A DNA stretch of 64,000 nucleotides, taken from the NCBI GenBank assembly GCA_964452045.1, contig CAYVKM010000002.1, forward strand, positions 18,040 through 82,039, read 5' to 3'. How positions within the stretch are numbered: position 1 is the first letter of the stretch; each line of letters begins with the position of its first letter. Under the pieces are notes generated by a model. It was not told the origin of the DNA, did no database searches, and was given only the letters and a program-made list of their open reading frames with translations. Shown here piece by piece: positions 49,501 through 57,547 of this stretch. Position numbers and translations under genes: made by a program. The DNA is from an uncultured Calditrichaceae bacterium (GTDB lineage: Bacteria > Calditrichota > Calditrichia > RBG-13-44-9).

Positions 49501-50531
49501 CTTAGAGAAACCTTATTTTTTCCTTCCGGGGCCACCTGAAGACTGCCAGCCAGATATCCGAAATTGGTTGCCAGATTTATTTTCTTTAGAGTAAAGGTCC
49601 GTCGATGATAAAAGTAATTAAAAGAAATCCGGGAAATTTTCAGGCTATCCAATTCACCACGGAAATAAAGATCCCCGGTAAAAGATTTAGGATTACCAAT
49701 GTATTCCCCATAGAAGTCAAAAGCCCCCTCTTTGAATGGCAGGGAATCCGCAAATCGTTTAAGCAAACTAATATCCACATTACTGGTATCCACAAAAACC
49801 AAAAACCTTAATTCAGGCATAAATTCAATTTCACCATGAGAATAAACTCTGGTGCCTGGGACCTCTAAAGTTAATTGATTGAGGGTTACCCTTTGCTGGT
49901 TACCGGTTATAACAAAAGAAAGCTGATCTAAAGGTAAATTTTGCTCTAACCAGAGACCCTTAATATACTTTAATCTAAACATTACTTTTTCCGGTTTTAT
50001 TTCGCCCAGAGCAGCAAGCTGAATATTGGTAAAATTCTGCTGACCGGAATCCTGAACAAATCTTACCCGACCATCTCTAATTAAAATTTCCGAGAAATTT
50101 ATTTTAGGTATGCCGGACAGATCAATCCCGCTTATTAAAGTATCTAATGACTGGGCAGATTTAATTTTTCCTGAATTCTTTTTTCCATTATCCTGTGAGT
50201 GAATGACCAGTAAGGGCTCGTCTATCGATAAATACTTTACATTTACAAAACCATCCAGAAGATCTTCTGCGTTGTAATTAACTGAAATAGAGTTGGCGAA
50301 TAAGGTATCGCCGCCAAATATTATCCGGGGATTTCGGATCTTTAAATTGCCGAGAAGATTGCCCTCCAATCGATCATATTGAACCTTAATGTTATGATCC
50401 AAGGCAACATTAATAAATCTGAGAATTGCTTTATCAACAATCGGCGTGTAGGAGTATAGTAAAACAAAACCAAGAATGACAACACAAAGTGCCAGAAAAA
50501 GCCACAATACAATTTTGTATCTTTTTTTCAT
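46509..50531 (-). CDS. tamB: TamB-like translocation and assembly module protein (AsmA/DUF490 family)
   Basis: ~1340 aa with an N-terminal TM anchor (MKKRYKIVLWLFLALCVVILGF) and a long beta-rich periplasmic body. Its C-terminus overlaps the start of the Omp85 gene by ~45-60 nt. Confidence 0.6.
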   Translation of the reverse strand: MKKRYKIVLWLFLALCVVILGFVLLYSYTPIVDKAILRFINVALDHNIKVQYDRLEGNLLGNLKIRNPRIIFGGDTLFANSISVNYNAEDLLDGFVNVKYLSIDEPLLVIHSQDNGKKNSGKIKSAQSLDTLISGIDLSGIPKINFSEILIRDGRVRFVQDSGQQNFTNIQLAALGEIKPEKVMFRLKYIKGLWLEQNLPLDQLSFVITGNQQRVTLNQLTLEVPGTRVYSHGEIEFMPELRFLVFVDTSNVDISLLKRFADSLPFKEGAFDFYGEYIGNPKSFTGDLYFRGELDSLKISRISFNYFYHRRTFTLKKINLATNFGYLAGSLQVAPEGKNKVSLSFRDFNLKKTGFSAEPTEINGSLNLDFNTWDIQKITGDGIASLYQLAYGPSRVDSVYLNLKVQEGNWELQKRSRLIVEKSSQFFMDGEMSRDGIVDFHFYTDENLIDTLATRLNLGHIGGLGSLDIDIFGKINDPNVRGYVLLDSLLYEKNRAYGVEGRFEVDDIFSERLGYFKLELSSGIIQYIPLTDGLMNLKIKKNILTLDTVSFYNEDNYVTLRGTIEETPEKVDIKLSNFNFLYENYSISATDTLMAVLKNDSLIIEDFVLNATGNGEIEVRGMVDFEGESGLAVYFKNIQLFPFNQFLQWEYSLQGLLEISVEITGEMKNPLVETYMELQNFIMDTDTVGNVDARFVYDDDILKIDYFQLKKPPATSFSMQGQIIIPEERKSEEEQSLLHRDIDFSAEFSNIDIQNYPFFKKFNFPVTGNFGGQVEISGKVNQPKGEYNLFGENIRYRDYEIPRFNFKGHLSASAITLDEGKLNFMDTNIGLTGEKVINWDIDNLADIFSDQKFSLQMSVREDTVNFLNVLTPEVDLLLGKIDAVVNLGGTIEKPKVTGGHFNVTEGTLYLSKLENPISNLQLESVFEGHVLKIKKSNALLQGDVTDKNVFQKFTSILFSPIRKLLYPTKKNGKFRLSGDVDFAELNRPKIDLKLNANQIFINYYLENARLIVSANNLTITGKDTILVKGNVTVHKGEVDLNLKESEKNLLLSTGTRETPPFLQYMLDVSIPGNFYIRSSATFNSFEMMITGDLKITQEPKGLMEMYGNLEVPKGKYYQFEEFNIRDGRIEFINPKELPNLDITAETRKYGFLFQLHVTGNINNPVKEIRIFDLQTLQDITNLYPETKDQISLLLFGVTFNELGSSAGNLVLDKGQEVISQALISRVEREARQFIGLDEIRVENSQSSVDYTTQRLNMPSERSILSLGKYITPNLYLEYKTQLGSSGLPGMGEIPTPRLGWDAGDQIYLEYRFNRDWSVSTYYEKQLYDKFKVDLNWQYNF

Positions 50532-50608
50532 CGGGTTATCATTCCAAAAGTCTATAAAATTTATATAATTTAAGTGCTTAAGCAAACACCATTTTAACTG
50601 ACAAAACA

Positions 50609-50637
50609 TAAAAAAAGCCGGATTTTGTATCCGGCTT
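50609..50637 (-). terminator. Rho-independent terminator for the 50664-51974 gene
   Basis: Stem agccgga/tccggct with 7-nt loop. Followed on the minus strand by a 7-T run (the plus-strand A-tract at 50610-50616). Confidence 0.55.
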
Positions 50638-50663
50638 ATTACTGATTATTACTCATGGAAAGT

Positions 50664-51974
50664 TTAGGCTTTGATGATTTTTTCCCGTCCCGTTTTGACA
50701 TCAACCGTGGCGTTTCGGGTATCAACCACCAGATTGGAATTCTTTACAATAAATTCCATATCAAAATCCGAGTGATCCGTGGAAATTAAGACCGCATCAT
50801 ATCCTTTTAGATTCTCAGTGGTCAAAGGCACACTTTTTTTCTGGAAATCATAGTGTCTGGTTGGTTTAAGTTGCGGGATATAAGGATCATGATAATCCAC
50901 CAAACCTCCCTTTCCAGATATGATTTCCATCAATTTTAAGGATGGGGATTCTCTTAAGTCATCGATATTCTTTTTATAAGCAAGCCCCAGTACCAAAATT
51001 TTTGAACCGTTTATGCTTTTCTGATTGGTATTCAATCCGTCGATTAACCGGTTAACCACGTAAAACGGCATGTAGGTATTCACTTCCCCTGCCAGTTCGA
51101 TAAAACGAGTGCTTAATTCATATTCCCGCGCTTTCCAGGTAAGATAAAACGGATCAATAGGGATACAATGTCCACCCAGACCCGGTCCGGGATAAAATGG
51201 CATAAATCCAAATGGCTTGGTAGAAGCAGCTTTGATAACCTCCCACACATCAATGCCCATTTGATCCATAATCATTTTCATCTCATTTACCAGGGCAATA
51301 TTAACGCTTCGGAAAATGTTCTCCAATAACTTCGTGGCTTCAGCCGCTTCACTGGAAGATACCGGAACCGTTTGAACAATCACCTGATCGTATAATGCTT
51401 TGGTCAATTCCAAAGAATAGGGATCTGTTGCCCCTACCACCTTTGGTATGGTTCTGGTATTGAAATTGGGATTGTTCGGATCTTCCCGCTCTGGCGAAAA
51501 AGCTAAATAAAAATCCTTGTGGCCTTGCAAACCGGACTTTTCAATAATCGGTCGCATAACACCTTCGGTAGTTCCGGGGAAGGTGGAGCTCTCCAGTACA
51601 ATCAGTTGGCCCTTCTGAACATATTTCGAGATAACCTCGGAAGTATTTTCAATATATGAGATATCCGGTTCCCGATGTTTTCCCAATGGAGTGGGCACGC
51701 AGACCAGAATACAGTCTACTTCTTTCAAACGGGCAAAGTCGGCAGTAGCTTCAAATTTTCCTTTATCCCGGGCTTTTTTAATTTTATCCGAAGGAATGTG
51801 TTTGATATAGGATCGGCCGGCATTTAACTCTTCCACTTTTTCCGGATCGATATCGAAACCAATCGTCTTAAAATTTTCGGAGACGAATTCCAATAATAAT
51901 GGCAGACCAACATATCCCATTCCGATAACACCGATTACCGCCTGATGAGATTTAATTTTTTTCAACAAATCCAT
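50664..51974 (-). CDS. Nucleotide-sugar dehydrogenase (UDP-N-acetyl-D-glucosamine/mannosamine dehydrogenase, TviB/WbpO/WecC family)
   Basis: 436 aa; N-terminal Rossmann fold VIGVIGMGYVGLPLL; UDPGDH family central and C-terminal domains. Confidence 0.75.
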   Translation of the reverse strand: MDLLKKIKSHQAVIGVIGMGYVGLPLLLEFVSENFKTIGFDIDPEKVEELNAGRSYIKHIPSDKIKKARDKGKFEATADFARLKEVDCILVCVPTPLGKHREPDISYIENTSEVISKYVQKGQLIVLESSTFPGTTEGVMRPIIEKSGLQGHKDFYLAFSPEREDPNNPNFNTRTIPKVVGATDPYSLELTKALYDQVIVQTVPVSSSEAAEATKLLENIFRSVNIALVNEMKMIMDQMGIDVWEVIKAASTKPFGFMPFYPGPGLGGHCIPIDPFYLTWKAREYELSTRFIELAGEVNTYMPFYVVNRLIDGLNTNQKSINGSKILVLGLAYKKNIDDLRESPSLKLMEIISGKGGLVDYHDPYIPQLKPTRHYDFQKKSVPLTTENLKGYDAVLISTDHSDFDMEFIVKNSNLVVDTRNATVDVKTGREKIIKA

Positions 51975-52041
51975 AAAAACTCCTTTTCCGTGCAGTTATA
52001 ATAGGAATTAATAGCATAAACTTTTAATTTATATCGAAATA

Positions 52042-53010
52042 TTACAGAAAGCCTTTTTCTTTCATGTACCAGTCAATGAATTTCTTGAGGCCCTCTGAAA
52101 TTGTGGTCATGGGCCTATAATCCAAAAGTTTTTTTGCTTTCTCAATCTTAGCAAAAGTTTGAATAACATCCCCCGGTTGCATGGGTAAATCCTTACGGAT
52201 TGCCTTTTTTCCGAGAAGATTTTCAATCTCAGATAAAAGATCATTGGTCAGTACAGTTTGTGATTCTCCCAGATTAATGATCTCAAATCCCTTAACCCGG
52301 TCGATCGCCTGCAATACGCCCTGAACAATATCATCAATATAAGTGTAATCCCTTTTAGGCTCTCCGAAGCCATAGACTTCAATAGGTTCATTTCGGTCGA
52401 TGGCTCTGGTAAATTTATGAATCGCCATTTCCGGTCTTTGTCGGGGACCATATACGGTAAAGAATCGAAGGGAATAGATATTCATACCAAACAAATGATG
52501 ATAGGTATGGCAGATAAGCTCCCCTGCCTTCTTAGTTGCTGCATATGGAGAAATGGGATTATCGACATTATCGGTTTCCGAGAAGGGTATCTTCTTGTTG
52601 TTCCCATATACCGAAGAGGAGGAGGCAAATATTAATTTATTGACATCGAAATTACGCATGGTCTCCAGAATGTTGTTGGTACCCTCAATATTATATTTCT
52701 GATAAGCCAATGGCTCGGCTATGGATGGGCGGACACCGGCTTTCGCGGCAAGATGGACTACATGTGTTATTCCATTTTCCTTAAATATTTTTTTGAGTGC
52801 GATGGGATCAAGAATGGATTCCTGATAAAACTTAAAACTGGAATGATTCAAGCTCTTCTCAAGATTTTTTCTTTTTATCTTTTCCGGGTAGAAAGGGTCA
52901 AAATTATCCATTCCAAACACAAGATATCCTCTTTGGAGGAGCGCTTCCGCTAAATGGGAGCCAATAAACCCGGCAACACCGGTAACCAGTATCCTGTTTT
53001 TATTACTCAT
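52042..53010 (-). CDS. NAD-dependent epimerase/dehydratase (UDP-glucuronate / UDP-GlcNAcA 4-epimerase-like)
   Basis: ILVTGVAGFIGSHL Rossmann fold; catalytic YAATK (YxxxK); 322 aa. Confidence 0.7.
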   Translation of the reverse strand: MSNKNRILVTGVAGFIGSHLAEALLQRGYLVFGMDNFDPFYPEKIKRKNLEKSLNHSSFKFYQESILDPIALKKIFKENGITHVVHLAAKAGVRPSIAEPLAYQKYNIEGTNNILETMRNFDVNKLIFASSSSVYGNNKKIPFSETDNVDNPISPYAATKKAGELICHTYHHLFGMNIYSLRFFTVYGPRQRPEMAIHKFTRAIDRNEPIEVYGFGEPKRDYTYIDDIVQGVLQAIDRVKGFEIINLGESQTVLTNDLLSEIENLLGKKAIRKDLPMQPGDVIQTFAKIEKAKKLLDYRPMTTISEGLKKFIDWYMKEKGFL

Positions 53011-53083
53011 ATTGGAATTGGATATATATCAAAGAAGTGAAAATATTTATATTTTTCTCCGCAATTATCTGTTCAAAAATATT

Positions 53084-54388
53084 TTACTTTCGGCCAACCC
53101 CAAAGTAGGTAAATCCCATGCTTTTCAATTTTTCCGGTTTGAAGATATTTCTGCCATCAAAGATCACCGGTGCTTTCATAAGTGATTTTATTTTTTCAAA
53201 ATCCGGCTCACGATATTCCAACCACTCTGTAACCAGAATTATTCCATCCGAATCCTTAAGTGTTTCATAATTATCTTCGAAGAGTTTGGCCATTTTGTCG
53301 ATTTCCAATCGCTTCGCCTCATCCAATGCCACTGGATCGTGGACCTTTATTTTGGCACCTCTTTCAAATAATTCCTTTATAATAACCCGGGACGGAGCCT
53401 CCCGCATATCATCCGTTTTAGGTTTAAAACTTAATCCCCAGACACTGAATGTTTTACCTTTCAGATTATTCCCATAGTGTGAGAGAATTTTGGGTAACAG
53501 GTATCTTTTTTGATCATCATTTACATCTTCCACTGCTTTTAATACCCGCATATCAAAATCATAATCTTTGGCGGTCCGAATTAAAGCCTTTACATCCTTT
53601 GGAAAACAGGATCCGCCATAACCGACACCCGGGAAAATGAAAGAATATCCGATCCGCTTATCCGAACCAATACCCTTGCGGATTTTATCGATATCCGCGC
53701 CGACCCGGTCACATAGATTAGCCATTTCATTCATGAAGGAGATTTTGGTCGCCAGAATAGAATTTGCTGCATATTTGGTCAATTCTGCACTGACTTCATC
53801 CATAATCATAATGGGATTTCCGGTGCGAACAAATGGGGAGTAAAGTTCCTGCATAATCTCCCCCACTTTCGGATTGCTGGTTCCGACGATTACTCGATCC
53901 GGGTACATAAAATCATCGATCGCTGCACCCTCTTTTAAAAATTCAGGATTAGAAACCACATTAACCTCAACCGAGGTCCCTTTTTTAATAGCATCCAGTA
54001 CCTTTTTTGCTGTACCGACCGGAACGGTGCTCTTATTCACTACAATTTTCGGAGTTTTCATATGACGACCGATATCTTTGGCCACAGCCAACACATGACG
54101 TAGATCGGCCGATCCGTCTTCATCCGGGGGCGTCCCTACCGCAATAAAGATGATATCGGATTGATCCACGGTATCCTGCATGTCTGTGGTAAAGAGCAAT
54201 CTTCCATGATCCACATTTTTCAACACCATACGTTCAAGACCCGGTTCATAGATAGGTATAATTCCCTTTTTTAATTTTTCAATCTTCTCGGCATTGTTAT
54301 CCATGCAGATAACATGATTACCGGTCTCCGCAAAACAGGCGCCTGCAACCAGGCCAACATAGCCAGATCCGATTACTGCTAACTTCAT
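53084..54388 (-). CDS. ugd: UDP-glucose 6-dehydrogenase
   Basis: MKLAVIGSGYVGLV...; active-site GGSCFPKD; 434 aa. Confidence 0.85.
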   Translation of the reverse strand: MKLAVIGSGYVGLVAGACFAETGNHVICMDNNAEKIEKLKKGIIPIYEPGLERMVLKNVDHGRLLFTTDMQDTVDQSDIIFIAVGTPPDEDGSADLRHVLAVAKDIGRHMKTPKIVVNKSTVPVGTAKKVLDAIKKGTSVEVNVVSNPEFLKEGAAIDDFMYPDRVIVGTSNPKVGEIMQELYSPFVRTGNPIMIMDEVSAELTKYAANSILATKISFMNEMANLCDRVGADIDKIRKGIGSDKRIGYSFIFPGVGYGGSCFPKDVKALIRTAKDYDFDMRVLKAVEDVNDDQKRYLLPKILSHYGNNLKGKTFSVWGLSFKPKTDDMREAPSRVIIKELFERGAKIKVHDPVALDEAKRLEIDKMAKLFEDNYETLKDSDGIILVTEWLEYREPDFEKIKSLMKAPVIFDGRNIFKPEKLKSMGFTYFGVGRK

Positions 54389-54508
54389 TCGACCTCCAAG
54401 AAAATTTAATTACAGAAATATTATTTATAAAAAACGCACAAATATAGTCCGATAAGTTGTTACGGAAGTGAGAATGGACAAACTTTTTAAGAGTAAAAAT
54501 TAAAATGA

Positions 54509-56788
54509 TCAGACTTTGCTTTTACGCCGTCTTTTTAGATCGTGTCCGTAATATTGATAATAATGGTAATAATAATAGTAATAATAAGTGCCGTATGTTC
54601 TTTCGATGTTAACACTGTTGAGCAGAGAACCAAAAATATTGGATTCCGCGGTATCCAGCAACCCCTTCGCCCTCTTAATGGCTTCTCTGTGTGTCTGATG
54701 CGCTTTAATGACCAAAACCACACCGTCCACCATCGTGCTTAAAATCGCTGCATCAGTTACCGCAATAACCGGTGGACTGTCGAAGAGAATCGCATCGAAT
54801 TTCTCACGAAGCTCGGCAATCAGTTTCTTCATGGCATCCGAACCGAGTAATTCCGATGGGTTCGGTGGTAAGGGACCGGAGGTGATTATAGACAGATTAT
54901 CCACAAAGGTTGGTTTGACGATATCTTCCGTGGTTAGTTTGCCAATCAGATAGTTGCTAATTCCATTCTCTTTTTGCATGCTAAAAATAGAATGAATGAC
55001 CGGCCTGCGAAGATCCGTGTCAATAAGAACTGTTTTACTGCCAAGCTGGGCCATGGTAATAGCCAGGTTAGCTACTGTAGTGGATTTTCCTTCCTTAGGG
55101 GCAGAACTGGTTACCAATGCAACCAGACTTTTGCTTTTTTTATTCTTGAATTGAATATTTGTTCTTAAGGTACGATAGGCTTCTGAAATGGGAGATTTCG
55201 GATCGAAATGGGTGACCAGTCGTGTTTCAATCTGTTTGGCCTGCCACATCTCTTCCGAGTCTCCGTTGCTGGATTGTACATTTTTGATGACCTCATCAGA
55301 GGAAATCTCCGGAATCGTTGCCAAAATGGGAAATCCTAATCGCTCTAACTCTTCCGGATTTTTAATAGAATCGTCAAAATATTCGATAAGAAATGTCAGT
55401 CCAATACCCAGACCCAGTCCAATCAGAGCCCCGAGCATCATGTTCATTTTTTTCTTCGGCTTAATCGGGTCCAAAGGAGCGATGGCCTGATCCAGGGTTT
55501 TTACATTCTCCTGCTGCCCGGCTTCAGAAATCCTGGTTTCTTCCAGTTTACTGGTCATCAACAGATAAGTCTCGCGATCCACTTCCATCTGCCTAGTTAA
55601 ACGGACCAGGGCAAGACCTTTGCTGGGCAGATTGGAAAGCTGATCTTCATAATCGGCAACTACCCGCTGCAGGGCACTGATCTTGGCGCGCAACCCCTTA
55701 ATTTGTGTTTCCGCATCCAGGATCTTAACAGTTAGCTCTTGCGCTACCATCAGGGGATCCTGCACCATGCTTGATGCAGCAATCTTCTGGGCTTCTTCCT
55801 GTAATTTTTTCCGTTGGGCATTCATCCGGTTTTCCAGACTTTGCAGCTGAACCTGATACTCTGAAGGATCAACCCGGTCCTGGGCTAATAGCGTCTCATA
55901 AGTGACCTTTTCGGATACCAGTTTGGCATATTCATTCTGAAGCTCTTTGAGTAAGGGTGAGGAACTTATCGATACATCGGCTGACAAGCTCTGTTTTCTT
56001 TCTTCCAACTGACTCTCAAGAGATTTTTTTTGCTCCAGTATTGCATCCAGTTCAACAAGTGATTGCTCTAAATTGGCCTGGGTTTCCGCCAGTCGGGAGA
56101 TAGATTCGCTGGTTGATTCATCCAATGATACCAGTTTTTCCTTTTCCCGGTATTCCTTAAGCGCTTCTTCAGATTTTTTTAACTCTTCACCCTTTTTCTG
56201 AACCTGTGATTCTAAAAATTGCCGGAGTTTCACAAACTCTTTCCGGTTAAAATCCTGGTTAAGATAAATATATCGATCAATGATCGCATTGCAGAACTTG
56301 AATGATTCGAATGGTGAACCCGCTTGAAATTTGACTTCGATGACATCGGTATCCTTCTTGGGACTCACTTCCAGATGATCCATCACCCACTGCGTCTGAT
56401 CCCGATAATTCATGTATGAGCCGTCTTCACCCGGCTGAAAAACCTGCAGTGAATCCCGGTAAGGTACTCCCTCTAGGTATTTTACAACTTCTTCAGCTAA
56501 TCGCCGGCTTTTCAGAATCTCTACCTGATTGGTAATAAGCGTACTTTGGTTGCCAAAATAATTCATATCAAAAAGGGCCCGTTCCATTGACCCCTGGCCT
56601 TCGACAATAATTTTTCCGGTGGCTTCGTAAACTTTCGGTGCAGTAAAAGTGAGATAACCGGTAATGATCAATACCACGATAAAGGAAATCGCAATGATCC
56701 ATCTGCCGCGGTAGAGAATTCGCAGATAGTCCTGTAAGCTAATTTGCTGTTCTTCTTCAATGGGTTCAAATTCGTTGTACTCGTTCAC
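54509..56788 (-). CDS. wzc: Polysaccharide co-polymerase / bacterial tyrosine autokinase (Wzc/EpsB-like) with poly-Tyr C-terminal tail
   Basis: Wzz-type N-terminal domain with two TMs flanking a coiled-coil periplasmic region. Cytoplasmic Walker A SSAPKEGKSTTVANL. C-terminal Y-cluster YGTYYYYYYYHYYQYYGH. Confidence 0.8.
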   Translation of the reverse strand: MNEYNEFEPIEEEQQISLQDYLRILYRGRWIIAISFIVVLIITGYLTFTAPKVYEATGKIIVEGQGSMERALFDMNYFGNQSTLITNQVEILKSRRLAEEVVKYLEGVPYRDSLQVFQPGEDGSYMNYRDQTQWVMDHLEVSPKKDTDVIEVKFQAGSPFESFKFCNAIIDRYIYLNQDFNRKEFVKLRQFLESQVQKKGEELKKSEEALKEYREKEKLVSLDESTSESISRLAETQANLEQSLVELDAILEQKKSLESQLEERKQSLSADVSISSSPLLKELQNEYAKLVSEKVTYETLLAQDRVDPSEYQVQLQSLENRMNAQRKKLQEEAQKIAASSMVQDPLMVAQELTVKILDAETQIKGLRAKISALQRVVADYEDQLSNLPSKGLALVRLTRQMEVDRETYLLMTSKLEETRISEAGQQENVKTLDQAIAPLDPIKPKKKMNMMLGALIGLGLGIGLTFLIEYFDDSIKNPEELERLGFPILATIPEISSDEVIKNVQSSNGDSEEMWQAKQIETRLVTHFDPKSPISEAYRTLRTNIQFKNKKSKSLVALVTSSAPKEGKSTTVANLAITMAQLGSKTVLIDTDLRRPVIHSIFSMQKENGISNYLIGKLTTEDIVKPTFVDNLSIITSGPLPPNPSELLGSDAMKKLIAELREKFDAILFDSPPVIAVTDAAILSTMVDGVVLVIKAHQTHREAIKRAKGLLDTAESNIFGSLLNSVNIERTYGTYYYYYYYHYYQYYGHDLKRRRKSKV

Positions 56789-56892
56789 AACTTACCCCGA
56801 TTTACATTAAATAGTTGATGTTACAAAATATATTATAATAAAAATTTATGTTAAATCTATGTCGGATTTTTTTTGTAAATCTTTAATATTAT

Positions 56893-57528
56893 TTAAAATC
56901 GCAAATCCACGACTTCTGCGCCTTCCGGTGTATTAAATGTAAAAGTCTCAGGTGAAATTTCCGGATTGAATTTCATCTTCTTAATATCATATTCAACTTC
57001 ATTATCATTGAAATCAACGTATACAACTTTTTTCATATCCCAGTTCTTATCAACCAGCCAAACTTTAATGTATTTAAAATAACTTTCGTCAGGATTCTTG
57101 GGGGTAAGGCGGATCTCATATATTTTTTGTTTGTCAACCTTTTGTTCACTTACGATCTGACTAAAATAATGATCGGAAATATTAAAAAGAAAATTATTGA
57201 GGAACACATCATTCTGGGATTTTTTTGCGTAGTCAATAATCACCTGATTTTCTAGCTTGTTATAGCGCCAGAATTTATCGCCATCGCTCACCATCACCTG
57301 GTCTTCCGTTTCAAACCGGAATTTGTTATCCTGTGCAATCCAGAGAGTACCAAAAACCTCGTTCTGAATTCCGGTTAATTTAAAGCGGTTTACTTGCTTA
57401 AAATCCACATAAACCACTTTGATATCCCGGTATTTTTTTTGAACCTGTTTTATAATTTTTTCAACATTTGTTTCAGCATGAACAATTGCATATACCATTA
57501 TAATGCATAAGATAATAATTTTTTTCAT
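56893..57528 (-). CDS. lolA: LolA-like outer-membrane lipoprotein carrier protein
   Basis: Signal peptide plus an unclosed beta-barrel-type fold, ~211 aa. It lies immediately downstream of ftsK, as in E. coli. Confidence 0.5.
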   Translation of the reverse strand: MKKIIILCIIMVYAIVHAETNVEKIIKQVQKKYRDIKVVYVDFKQVNRFKLTGIQNEVFGTLWIAQDNKFRFETEDQVMVSDGDKFWRYNKLENQVIIDYAKKSQNDVFLNNFLFNISDHYFSQIVSEQKVDKQKIYEIRLTPKNPDESYFKYIKVWLVDKNWDMKKVVYVDFNDNEVEYDIKKMKFNPEISPETFTFNTPEGAEVVDLRF

Positions 57529-57547
57529 TCAGTTCTCCAGCTTAATT

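Noticed and set aside
56789-56892. Possible regulatory RNA in the AT-rich gap between lolA-like and wzc
   Set aside because: There are only short A/T runs, with no stable stem-loops or conserved-looking motifs. It is probably just the wzc promoter region.
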